Positions 16,234-24,679 of a stretch of 64,000 nt of DNA are shown one piece after another. Each line of letters opens with the position of its first letter. Position 1 is the first letter of the stretch. The notes under the pieces are model-generated. The model was not told the origin of the DNA, did not search any database, and worked only from the letters and a program-made list of their open reading frames with translations. Location: contig JAFQAQ010000004.1 in assembly GCA_017399945.1 (NCBI GenBank), positions 199,022 to 263,021 on the forward strand, read 5' to 3'. A program made the translations under genes and the position numbers. Source of the stretch: Clostridia bacterium (GTDB lineage Bacteria > Bacillota > Clostridia > Christensenellales > Borkfalkiaceae).

Positions 16234-17511
16234 TTATTCTTCTTCGTGAACTTTAACAACGTTGCCACTCTTTCTAGATTCTTCTGCGCAAAGCGCCATT
16301 AAGTGACTTTCAACGGAGGCTTCTAAAGAAGTGGTTACCTTGCTATCTTTATTATAAATCATATCGTAAAGGCTGTCCACCATAATAACGTCGCCACCGC
16401 CGTGACCGTAACCTGCTTTGTCGGTATCAACTAGTTCGGAAATGTTGTAGCGAACGGGAGTTTTTCCAAACTCTACCACTTCGATAAAGTCTGCAAAGTC
16501 GTCGAAACGGATTTCGCCCAAAGTGCCGTAGAAGGTTGCTTTTCTTCCCGGAACTGCCGTAAAGCCGGTCATAGTAAGGTTTACTTTTACGCCGTTTTTA
16601 AATTTCATATTAACCATTTGGTTGTCAACAACGCAGTTATCGCACTTGAACACGCATTTGCCGTATTGGTTGGTTCTATACGCTTCCCTTAGCTTTTCTT
16701 CGGTTAAAGGTACGTCCGAGCAACAAACGTTAAACGGCCATAAGTCTTTTGGATCGCCCTTTTCGTGCCATCTTTCGATATAGCCGTATTCCGCGCTGTA
16801 TGGACAAGTGTTTCTATATTTACAATCGTAGCAGTTGTCGGCAGCGCCTTCGGGTTGGAATTCTTCCTTAAAGAAAGATAAATCGCCGGTAGAATATACG
16901 CTTTCACATTTGTCGCCTACGTAGTATTGTAAAAGGTCTAAGTCGTGACAGCATTTTTGCATTATCATAGGCGAAGTTTGGTCGTCTCTACGCCAATTGC
17001 CACGTACGAAACTGTGCGCTTGGTGCCAGAAAGCAACTTGTTCGGTCCATTCGATAAGTCTTAATTCGCCGATTGCTTTGGAAGATAAAAGTTCCTTGAT
17101 TTTTACAAAGGCAGGAGCGTATCTTAAAACGTGGCATACTACTACGTTTTGCGGATGCTTTTTGTGCGTTTCTAAAAGTGCTAGAAGCTCTTCTTTTATA
17201 GGAGAAATGGGCTTTTCAAGTAAAATGTGATAGCCTAGTTCTAACGCTTTTATACACATTCTAACGTGATCACGGTCTTGCGTGCCGATAACTAATATAT
17301 CTGCCCTTTTTTCTTTTAAAAATTCATTTTCGTCGGTGAATAGATTTGCTGAATCTACACCCCATTCTTTTGAGTATCTATCCAAAATTTTAGTATTGAT
17401 ATCGCAAATGGATACGATTTTATATTTATCCGGATTGGAAAACATATGCTTGCCGTATCCTGCTCCTCTTGCTCCACAACCTAAAATTGCAACTTTCGCT
17501 ACGTTAGCCAT
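16234..17511 (-). CDS. Gfo/Idh/MocA family oxidoreductase with a Cys-rich C-terminal half
   Basis: N-terminal VAILGCGARGAG Rossmann motif and the EKP motif (LLEKPISP). 11 Cys within about 110 aa, including CYDCKYRNTC and CVFKCDNC. Confidence 0.75.
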   Translation of the reverse strand: MANVAKVAILGCGARGAGYGKHMFSNPDKYKIVSICDINTKILDRYSKEWGVDSANLFTDENEFLKEKRADILVIGTQDRDHVRMCIKALELGYHILLEKPISPIKEELLALLETHKKHPQNVVVCHVLRYAPAFVKIKELLSSKAIGELRLIEWTEQVAFWHQAHSFVRGNWRRDDQTSPMIMQKCCHDLDLLQYYVGDKCESVYSTGDLSFFKEEFQPEGAADNCYDCKYRNTCPYSAEYGYIERWHEKGDPKDLWPFNVCCSDVPLTEEKLREAYRTNQYGKCVFKCDNCVVDNQMVNMKFKNGVKVNLTMTGFTAVPGRKATFYGTLGEIRFDDFADFIEVVEFGKTPVRYNISELVDTDKAGYGHGGGDVIMVDSLYDMIYNKDSKVTTSLEASVESHLMALCAEESRKSGNVVKVHEEE

Positions 17512-18637
17512 AGTATTCTAACACTCCTTTTTTCTTCATAGTTTCAAAATCGTTTTTCATACACCAGAGATTATATCTATCTAGTGAATTTTCATCAACC
17601 GTCTTTAATAATTCGTCACACTTTGTAATAAAGTAATCTAAATCAACTTGGTTAGGTTCGCCAAGCATTTTGTAAAGATTATCAAAATAAATCTTATCTT
17701 GAATTTCTTTGGGAAGTTTAACGCCCTTGAAGGTTTTGCCAGCGTAAACGTATTCGTTATCTTCGCTTAGCCATCTTTGTACGAATTCTGGTCTTGCGCC
17801 CGTTGCTCTAAGCCAATTTTCTTCGTTGTCGTATTCAAAGTTATAAGAGTCCGTGCCGTAGAACATTCTATCTTGATATTTTTCTATAAAAGGCAACCAA
17901 TATTCTTTATCTTCTAATACTTCAAAGAAATTATCGCCACCTGGGCAAATATCAAGTTTGGTGTTCTCAAAGGACATAAACTTTTCTGCCATTTCTTTAT
18001 TGAAAGTCAAAAATCCCCAGTGCGCTAAAGTAAAGTTGAGTTTTGGGTGTTTTTCCATCATTCCGATTACTTCTTTGTGTAAATCGTTAAAGGTTGGAAA
18101 TTCTGGTCCAAAATAACAACCACGGTTACGCCAATATTCGTCTACTTTATCAAATTCCCACATATAAGGTGGGTTTGCTAGGTGCATAATTATTGGGAAA
18201 TTTTCTTTTTCGCAATAATCTAAATATAAATCGTATACTTCGTCGGTAAGTTTATAACCAAGTACTTGGTGCATGTTGGGGTGACCTTCATACATTTTCA
18301 TACCGTCAAATCCAACCTTTTTATATTCCTTTACTTGACGGAGTAAATCTTCGGCAACTGCCTTAGTATCTTTTAAATCTAAGTGCTTATACTCTAACCC
18401 AGCGTATGCGTATGCATCTGGGGAAAATATCTTTTTGAAATAGATAGATTTGATATTATCCGTGCTGTCGGTAACTTCAAGTCCCGTTCTTCCGTATACG
18501 GGATCGCATGGTAAACTTAAAAAGGTGCATTTTTTAATGTTAAAACGCTCGAACTGACGACGGAATAGGTCAATCGATTCTCTTACGGACACTTTAAATC
18601 TAAAAGTATGTAAATGCCCGTCAAATATTTTTCTCAT
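17504..18637 (-). CDS. amidohydrolase-fold protein, paralog 3 of 3
   Basis: DGHLHT, MHLANP, LAHWGF and YGTDSY motifs. Its C-terminal tail (YNLWCMKNDFETMKKKGVLEYYG) resembles that of paralog 1. Confidence 0.6.
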   Translation of the reverse strand: MRKIFDGHLHTFRFKVSVRESIDLFRRQFERFNIKKCTFLSLPCDPVYGRTGLEVTDSTDNIKSIYFKKIFSPDAYAYAGLEYKHLDLKDTKAVAEDLLRQVKEYKKVGFDGMKMYEGHPNMHQVLGYKLTDEVYDLYLDYCEKENFPIIMHLANPPYMWEFDKVDEYWRNRGCYFGPEFPTFNDLHKEVIGMMEKHPKLNFTLAHWGFLTFNKEMAEKFMSFENTKLDICPGGDNFFEVLEDKEYWLPFIEKYQDRMFYGTDSYNFEYDNEENWLRATGARPEFVQRWLSEDNEYVYAGKTFKGVKLPKEIQDKIYFDNLYKMLGEPNQVDLDYFITKCDELLKTVDENSLDRYNLWCMKNDFETMKKKGVLEYYG

Positions 18638-18775
18638 AAAATCCTCCGTTGGTTTTTAACCAATTTTTACTAAATTTATAATACTATACAAAACACTATT
18701 TTGCAAGGGGTATTCTAAACATTTATCCCTTTTGGCTATGTGTTTTTTATATATAGTTATATAACGCTTGGTATA

Positions 18776-19849
18776 CTAATCTTGTTTGCTTGGCAAACAT
18801 TCGATTAAGGTTGCCTGAGTGTCCGATACAACCTTAAATTTACCTTCTGCAACGAAAGGAAGATAGAAATAATCGCCTTTTTTAATATCTTTTTCGTAAC
18901 CATCGCCAACGATTTTTGCGTTGCCGTCTAAACATATAAATACAGACGGAGCAAAGTCCATAACGAAGCTTCCACCGTCTTTGATGATATGACGGTTTTC
19001 CGCAAAACAAGTGGTGTCTTTATAAGTGATAAGGTTTTCCTTTTTATAAGTAGGAGTATCTATTTCTACGGTTGGAGTTACCTTTGCAAATTCCTTTGCG
19101 GCGTCTCCGTAAATATCGTAGTTTATACTATCTAACGCAACGTCTTTTGAAAGTCCGATATACTCTTCTTCGTAACTTATATGATAGTCCATACACCAAC
19201 GTTCGGGTTGTATAGTAAAGTCGGTTGGTTCTTGCACTTCAACAATCGTACAGCCTGCGCCAATTGCGTGAATTAAACCTGCTTTTATAAGCCATATATC
19301 CCCGACTTTTGCTTGTACGCCAGCTAAAAGATTGCCCATTATATCCTTTTCAACTTCACTTCTTTCTTCTAAAATAGAAAGTTGTTCTTTGGTAATTTTA
19401 TCCTTAAAACCAAAGTATAATTTTGCACCCGGGCGAGTGGCAACTACTAACCAAGCTTCCGTTTTGCCGTAGTCGCTATTAAAGTTCTTTCTACTAAATT
19501 CTTTGGTGGGGTGTACTTGGAAAGGAAGTCTAGTTGCACTGTCTAAAAATTTTACTAGACAATCGTATTTTCTATGTCCTAAAAGTTCTTGTGGATAATC
19601 GTTTAATAAATCGTCAAAGAAAACCTTAGTTCCTTTTATAACGGCAACGCCGTCCCTTTCGCCAAAATACTTGGGGTTAATTGCCTTTACTTTACTTGCA
19701 ATCCATTCTTCTGGAAACATATTGTCCGTTCCATCGTCGTATCCGTCGTTAAAAAGTTCTTTATAAGGCATGCCACCTTTATAAATTCTATATACTCTGT
19801 TTCTTTCGAAAAATATCGGTTGTCTTACGATTTTTGCTAAGTCACTCAT
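18776..19849 (-). CDS. class I mannose-6-phosphate isomerase (cupin)
   Basis: 357 aa. LPFQVHP, GKTEAWLV and IHAIGAG motifs typical of type I PMI. Confidence 0.75.
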   Translation of the reverse strand: MSDLAKIVRQPIFFERNRVYRIYKGGMPYKELFNDGYDDGTDNMFPEEWIASKVKAINPKYFGERDGVAVIKGTKVFFDDLLNDYPQELLGHRKYDCLVKFLDSATRLPFQVHPTKEFSRKNFNSDYGKTEAWLVVATRPGAKLYFGFKDKITKEQLSILEERSEVEKDIMGNLLAGVQAKVGDIWLIKAGLIHAIGAGCTIVEVQEPTDFTIQPERWCMDYHISYEEEYIGLSKDVALDSINYDIYGDAAKEFAKVTPTVEIDTPTYKKENLITYKDTTCFAENRHIIKDGGSFVMDFAPSVFICLDGNAKIVGDGYEKDIKKGDYFYLPFVAEGKFKVVSDTQATLIECLPSKQD

Positions 19850-19866
19850 CTTAAATCCATCCTATA

Positions 19867-20748
19867 TTAAAGTTTGATTGCGCCTAAAAATTGGGTTGCG
19901 TCCGCACCAGCTTTATTGGCTTTTACCATTGCGTTTTCAATGTTTTCTTGGGTAAATTCTTTGCCTTCTAAATGAGCAAGCAAAGTGCCGAAGAAGGCGT
20001 CGCCTGCCCCCGTCGTGTCGATAGGTTTAACCTTTTCGGTTGGTACGGTGCCCGATATATCGTTATAAAAATACGCGCTTCCCCTTGAACCTAAGGTTAC
20101 AACCACTAGTTTATCTTTTTTAGAAATACTTTTTACTGCCGGAATAAGCCCGTCTATGCCGGTATAATCAAACAACTCGTCGTCTGAAAATTTGATTATA
20201 TCAGCCGATTCAACGAAAGGTTTATAAGCTTTTTTAGCGTCTTCAAAATCCCTATATATATCCATACGGAAATTGATATCGAAACTTAGTTTTTTGCCTA
20301 GTTTTTTTGCTTTTTTAACTACCTTTTGAGCAAACTTTTTGCCTTGCTTTTCAGATAACATTAAAGAGCCTAAGTGAATAAGGTTTAAGTTTTCGTACCC
20401 TTCGAAATCTATTTTGTCGAAATCGGTGTTAAAATCTGCCGTATCGTGTCTTGAAAAAGCAAAATCCCTTTCGCCGTCGGTTAACGTTACGAAAGCCAAA
20501 GTGGTGCTGCGAACGGTATCTTCTTGTATATCAAGTCTTTCTAAGTTGGCTTTTTTTGCTTCCTTTATTAAAAACTTGCCAACGGGATCTCTACCTACCC
20601 TTCCAACGAAAGCAACCTTTGCCCCTGCGTTTTTTGCGTTTACGGCTACGTTGAATGGCGCACCACCACAAAACGCTTTAAAATTCATTCCACTTTCTGC
20701 TTTTTCGCCAATCATATCGGCTAAAATTTCGCCAATTGCTAATATCAT
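19867..20748 (-). CDS. PfkB family carbohydrate kinase (fructokinase/KDG-kinase-like)
   Basis: 293 aa. GGAPFNVA and the C-terminal DTTGAGDAF motif. Confidence 0.8.
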   Translation of the reverse strand: MILAIGEILADMIGEKAESGMNFKAFCGGAPFNVAVNAKNAGAKVAFVGRVGRDPVGKFLIKEAKKANLERLDIQEDTVRSTTLAFVTLTDGERDFAFSRHDTADFNTDFDKIDFEGYENLNLIHLGSLMLSEKQGKKFAQKVVKKAKKLGKKLSFDINFRMDIYRDFEDAKKAYKPFVESADIIKFSDDELFDYTGIDGLIPAVKSISKKDKLVVVTLGSRGSAYFYNDISGTVPTEKVKPIDTTGAGDAFFGTLLAHLEGKEFTQENIENAMVKANKAGADATQFLGAIKL

Positions 20749-20766
20749 TTTAATTTTCTCCTTTAA

Positions 20767-21396
20767 TTATTCTGGGAATAGCACCCTTTCCACTTCTGCG
20801 CATACTGCGTGATATATTGGAAGATGATATTCTTGTACTTGATAAGTTTGGTTTGCGGGAGCGATAATTGCTATATCGCATATTCTTGCAAGTTTTCCAC
20901 CGTCTTTACCAACGAGCGCAACCGTTTTTATGCCCATTGCTTTTGCTGCTTGCGCCGCTTTTACCGTATTGATAGAATTGCCGGACGTGGATATTACGAC
21001 CAAGAGGTCTTGCTTTTTACCCATAGCAAATACCATTTGGGCGTACGCTAGTTCGGGGCTTACGTCGTTTATAAACGCAGTAAGTCCACTCATTAAAGAT
21101 ACCAACGGTACTGCTGGAATTCCTTCTTGAAGCAAACGCGCGTCCGTTTGGTTTTCAAAGTATTTGTTAAATAACTTTATCTTTTTTGGAGATAGCGGGC
21201 GTTTGGTCATAAACCCTTTTAGTAATTCGCCCGTGATGTGTTCGGCGTCCGCAGCGCTTCCACCGTTTCCACATAACATAACTTTGCCGTCCTTTTTATA
21301 GGAACTTACGATTGCATCGCAAAATGCTTGTATGCTTTTTTGTTGAGGTTTTAGTTCGGGAAATCTTTCCACTAATTTTTCTACGTAACTTATCAT
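20767..21396 (-). CDS. SIS domain sugar-phosphate isomerase (GmhA-like)
   Basis: 209 aa. CGNGGSAADAEH and ISTSGNS motifs. Confidence 0.75.
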   Translation of the reverse strand: MISYVEKLVERFPELKPQQKSIQAFCDAIVSSYKKDGKVMLCGNGGSAADAEHITGELLKGFMTKRPLSPKKIKLFNKYFENQTDARLLQEGIPAVPLVSLMSGLTAFINDVSPELAYAQMVFAMGKKQDLLVVISTSGNSINTVKAAQAAKAMGIKTVALVGKDGGKLARICDIAIIAPANQTYQVQEYHLPIYHAVCAEVERVLFPE

Positions 21397-21419
21397 GTTT
21401 ACCGTCCTTCGTTAATATA

Positions 21420-22343
21420 TTAACCGAACAAATCGGTGGATAAATACCTATCCCCCGTGTCGGGTAGTATTACAACAACGTTTTTGTTTTTGTTTCGTTC
21501 GTCTAAGGCTAGTTCTATCGCGACGGATAGGGCTGCGCCCGATGATATTCCACACAAAAGTCCTTCCTTGGTTGCTAGTAATCTTGCGTTTTTTACTGCT
21601 TTTTGGTAACTTGCATCCATCACGCAATCAACCACGTTTTTATCGTAGTTTTTGGGGATAAAGTTTGCGCCTATGCCTTGAATTTTATGTGGGTTTGCCT
21701 TTCCACCCGTTAAAACTTTGGATTCTTCCGGTTGCACGGCAACCACCTTTACGTTTGGGTTTTGTTCTTTTAGGTATTTACCTATACCACTAACCGTTCC
21801 AGCCGATCCCACCGTTGCAACTAGCACGTCCACCTTTTTATCAAGGTCTAAATATATCTCTTTTGCAGTGGTTTGATAATGGGCGTTTGGATTAGACGGA
21901 TTATCAAATTGAGATGGAATAATACTGTTTGGCGTTTGGTTTTTTAGTTCAACGGCTTTATCTATCGCCCCTTGCATACCTAAACTGCCGTCGGTTAAAA
22001 TCACCTCTGCACCGTAAGCTTTTAGTAGTTTTATGCGTTCTTGACTCATAGTGTTTGGCATTGTTAGAACTGCTTTATACCCACGTTGAGCGCATACGCT
22101 TGCTAGTCCGATTCCCGTGTTACCGCTAGTAGGCTCTATTATAGTTGCGCCTTTTTTTATAAGTCCTTTTTTTTCGGCGTCGTCTAGCATTGCTTTTGCA
22201 ACCCTATCTTTTATACTGCCGGCTGGATTAAGATATTCAAGTTTTGCGTAGATATCGGCAAATAACCCTAATTCTTCCTTTATTCTATTTAGTTTAAGAA
22301 GTGGAGTGTTGCCAATTAAATCTTGTAGTTTTTGATATATCAT
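21420..22343 (-). CDS. cysK: cysteine synthase A (O-acetylserine sulfhydrylase)
   Basis: 307 aa. The KLEYLNPAGSIKDR PLP-lysine motif and TSGNTGIGLA. Confidence 0.9.
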   Translation of the reverse strand: MIYQKLQDLIGNTPLLKLNRIKEELGLFADIYAKLEYLNPAGSIKDRVAKAMLDDAEKKGLIKKGATIIEPTSGNTGIGLASVCAQRGYKAVLTMPNTMSQERIKLLKAYGAEVILTDGSLGMQGAIDKAVELKNQTPNSIIPSQFDNPSNPNAHYQTTAKEIYLDLDKKVDVLVATVGSAGTVSGIGKYLKEQNPNVKVVAVQPEESKVLTGGKANPHKIQGIGANFIPKNYDKNVVDCVMDASYQKAVKNARLLATKEGLLCGISSGAALSVAIELALDERNKNKNVVVILPDTGDRYLSTDLFG

Positions 22344-22344
22344 A

Positions 22345-22932
22345 CTATTTTTTTAGGTTTAGTTTTTTACGGAGTTCGTTAAGCGCACGGAAACGGTGGC
22401 TTACCGAATTTTTTTCTTCGGCAGTGGCTACGCCCATGCTCTTGTTTAGGTCGTTACTAAAAAATAACGGATCGTATCCAAAACCGTTTTCACCTTGTTT
22501 TTCATAAAGTATTTTGCCTTCGGTTTCCCCGTAAGCAGAGATAATTTCGCCTTCCGGAGTGTAGTAAACTAACGCGCAAACGAATCTTGCGCTTCTATCC
22601 TTAACGTCTTTTAGGTTTTTTAGTAATAGTTGATTGTTGTGTTCGTCGTCGCCGTCGCCAGCGTATCTTGCCGAGTACACGCCCGGCGCGCCGTCTAATG
22701 CGTCTACTTGTAATCCACTATCGTCGGCAAGTGCGGGTACGCCTAAGATTTCGCTTATGGTTTTGGCTTTTATAAGCGCGTTTTCATAAAAAGTAGTGCC
22801 CGTTTCTTCTATCTCGATATCTATTCCGTGTTCTTTATATCCGGAAACGTCAAATTCGGATAATATAGTTTTTATTTCTTTTAGTTTGCCTGCGTTTGCG
22901 CTTGCAACTACTAATTTCTTTTTGTTTTGCAT
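22345..22932 (-). CDS. rdgB: non-canonical purine NTP pyrophosphatase (RdgB/HAM1)
   Basis: 195 aa. ETGTTFYENALIKA, DDSGL and FGYDPLF motifs. Confidence 0.88.
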   Translation of the reverse strand: MQNKKKLVVASANAGKLKEIKTILSEFDVSGYKEHGIDIEIEETGTTFYENALIKAKTISEILGVPALADDSGLQVDALDGAPGVYSARYAGDGDDEHNNQLLLKNLKDVKDRSARFVCALVYYTPEGEIISAYGETEGKILYEKQGENGFGYDPLFFSNDLNKSMGVATAEEKNSVSHRFRALNELRKKLNLKK

Positions 22933-22934
22933 AG

Positions 22935-23762
22935 TTATTTTTTTAAGTTTTCAGATAAGGTTATATATTGTTCGCTAGTTAGTTCTTCTGCCCTTGCAGT
23001 TAAACTTACGTTAGAGTTTATCAAAAGGGTTTCGGCGTCTGTTCTAGCAAGTTTATAAGCGTTCATAAGGTTGTTTACTAGCATTTTTCTTCTGCTTGAA
23101 AAGGCAATTTTTACAACTTCTCTCACCTTGTCTAAATCAACCGACTCCAATTTTTTTCTATCGATATCTATCTTTACCACAGCCGAATCGACGTTTGGCG
23201 GTGGGGTAAACATCTCTCTTGGAACTTGTTTTATAATCTTTGCCTTTCCACGTAGATTTATAGCAACCGTTATCGCGCCGTAGTCGGTAGTTTTTGGAGG
23301 TGCGCAAAACCGCTGTGCAACTTCTTTTTGTACCATTATTACTAGCGAATTTAGTTTTTTAGAGTTTTCTAAAAAATTCATTACGATTGGCGTGGTTATG
23401 TAATATGGTAAATTTGCCACTAAAAGGTAGTTATCGCCAAGTTTTTGTTCTAAAACGTTAAGTTTTTCTTTCATAACGTCTTTGAAAACGATTTCTAAGT
23501 TAGAATATCCGCCTACCGTTTGCGCTAGAAGAGGTTTTAGTCTTTGGTCTATTTCGTAGGCGATTACCTTTTTTGCTTTTTTGCAAAGTTCGCCCGTCAA
23601 CGCGCCTGCGCCCGGTCCTATTTCTAGCACGGTAGTATCTTTATCTATTCCCGATTGGTTTACTATATCTTCAAGCAAGGTTTGGTCGGTCAAAAAGTTT
23701 TGACCGTACGCCTTTTTTAGATTTATTCCGTGACTATATAAAAGGGTTTTTAGATTTTCCAT
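22935..23762 (-). CDS. rsmA: 16S rRNA (adenine1518/1519-N6)-dimethyltransferase
   Basis: 275 aa. KAYGQNFL, the LEIGPGAGALT SAM motif and NLPYYITTPI. Confidence 0.9.
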   Translation of the reverse strand: MENLKTLLYSHGINLKKAYGQNFLTDQTLLEDIVNQSGIDKDTTVLEIGPGAGALTGELCKKAKKVIAYEIDQRLKPLLAQTVGGYSNLEIVFKDVMKEKLNVLEQKLGDNYLLVANLPYYITTPIVMNFLENSKKLNSLVIMVQKEVAQRFCAPPKTTDYGAITVAINLRGKAKIIKQVPREMFTPPPNVDSAVVKIDIDRKKLESVDLDKVREVVKIAFSSRRKMLVNNLMNAYKLARTDAETLLINSNVSLTARAEELTSEQYITLSENLKK

Positions 23763-23914
23763 TTTTTTCCTATCGATTGTTTGTATAAATCAAAGGCGTT
23801 TAGCCATACTACTATCGTAAAGAGAAATCTTTACTGAAATCATTTTTACAAATGATATAAAAAATCAAAATAAAGTCTGATTATTCTTTTCGGGCTTTAT
23901 TTTGCTTTTTAAAT

Positions 23915-24679
23915 TTATTTTAGTTTTGGAAACAACGTCAAGGCGTTTTGCATTACTACCCTTGCCATAACTTCCATATCCCTACCTTTAATTTGGGCAA
24001 GTTTTTCTAATATAACGGGAACGTGCTTGGGCGTGTTAACCGTCCCCCTATACGGGTGTGGGGCAAGAAAGGGACTATCCGTTTCGGTAAGACAAAACTC
24101 GTCCGGAAGGAATTTTGCAACTTCAAGCACCTTGTTTGCGTTCTTAAATGTAAGCGTTCCTGCAAAGGATATATAAAATCCCATATTAATTAAGATTTTT
24201 GCAGTTTCCACGCTTCCTGCAAAACAATGCAAAACCCCACCGTAAATAGGTTTGTGTTCTTTTAGAATTTCCAAGGTGTCCGCCGTGGCGTCACGCATGT
24301 GTATGGAAACGGGTAACTTGTGTTCGTTTGCTATTTCTAGTTGGGTGATAAAGGCGTGTTTTTGCACGGCTTTATCGTAGCCTTCCCAATAATAGTCAAG
24401 CCCAATTTCGCCAACGGCAACGCATTTCGGGTGGCTTAAAAGAGCAACTACCCTATCGGCTTCTTGATTGTTGAATTTATACGCATCACTAGGATGTACG
24501 CCTGAGCCAAAGTATACGCTTTTATATTCGTTAGATAGCAACGCGCCCTTTTCGCTCGTATCGGCGCAACAACCCATAGTAATCGCCTTAGTAATACCGT
24601 ACCGCTCGAATTCTTGTATAACCGATTTACTGTCGGCAAGTTTTTCGTCTATAAGATGACAGTGGGTATCAACGTACAT
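23915..24679 (-). CDS. tatD: TatD family metal-dependent hydrolase
   Basis: 254 aa. VDTHCHL, EIGLDYYW, and a HCF...TDSP pattern. Confidence 0.85.
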   Translation of the reverse strand: MYVDTHCHLIDEKLADSKSVIQEFERYGITKAITMGCCADTSEKGALLSNEYKSVYFGSGVHPSDAYKFNNQEADRVVALLSHPKCVAVGEIGLDYYWEGYDKAVQKHAFITQLEIANEHKLPVSIHMRDATADTLEILKEHKPIYGGVLHCFAGSVETAKILINMGFYISFAGTLTFKNANKVLEVAKFLPDEFCLTETDSPFLAPHPYRGTVNTPKHVPVILEKLAQIKGRDMEVMARVVMQNALTLFPKLK

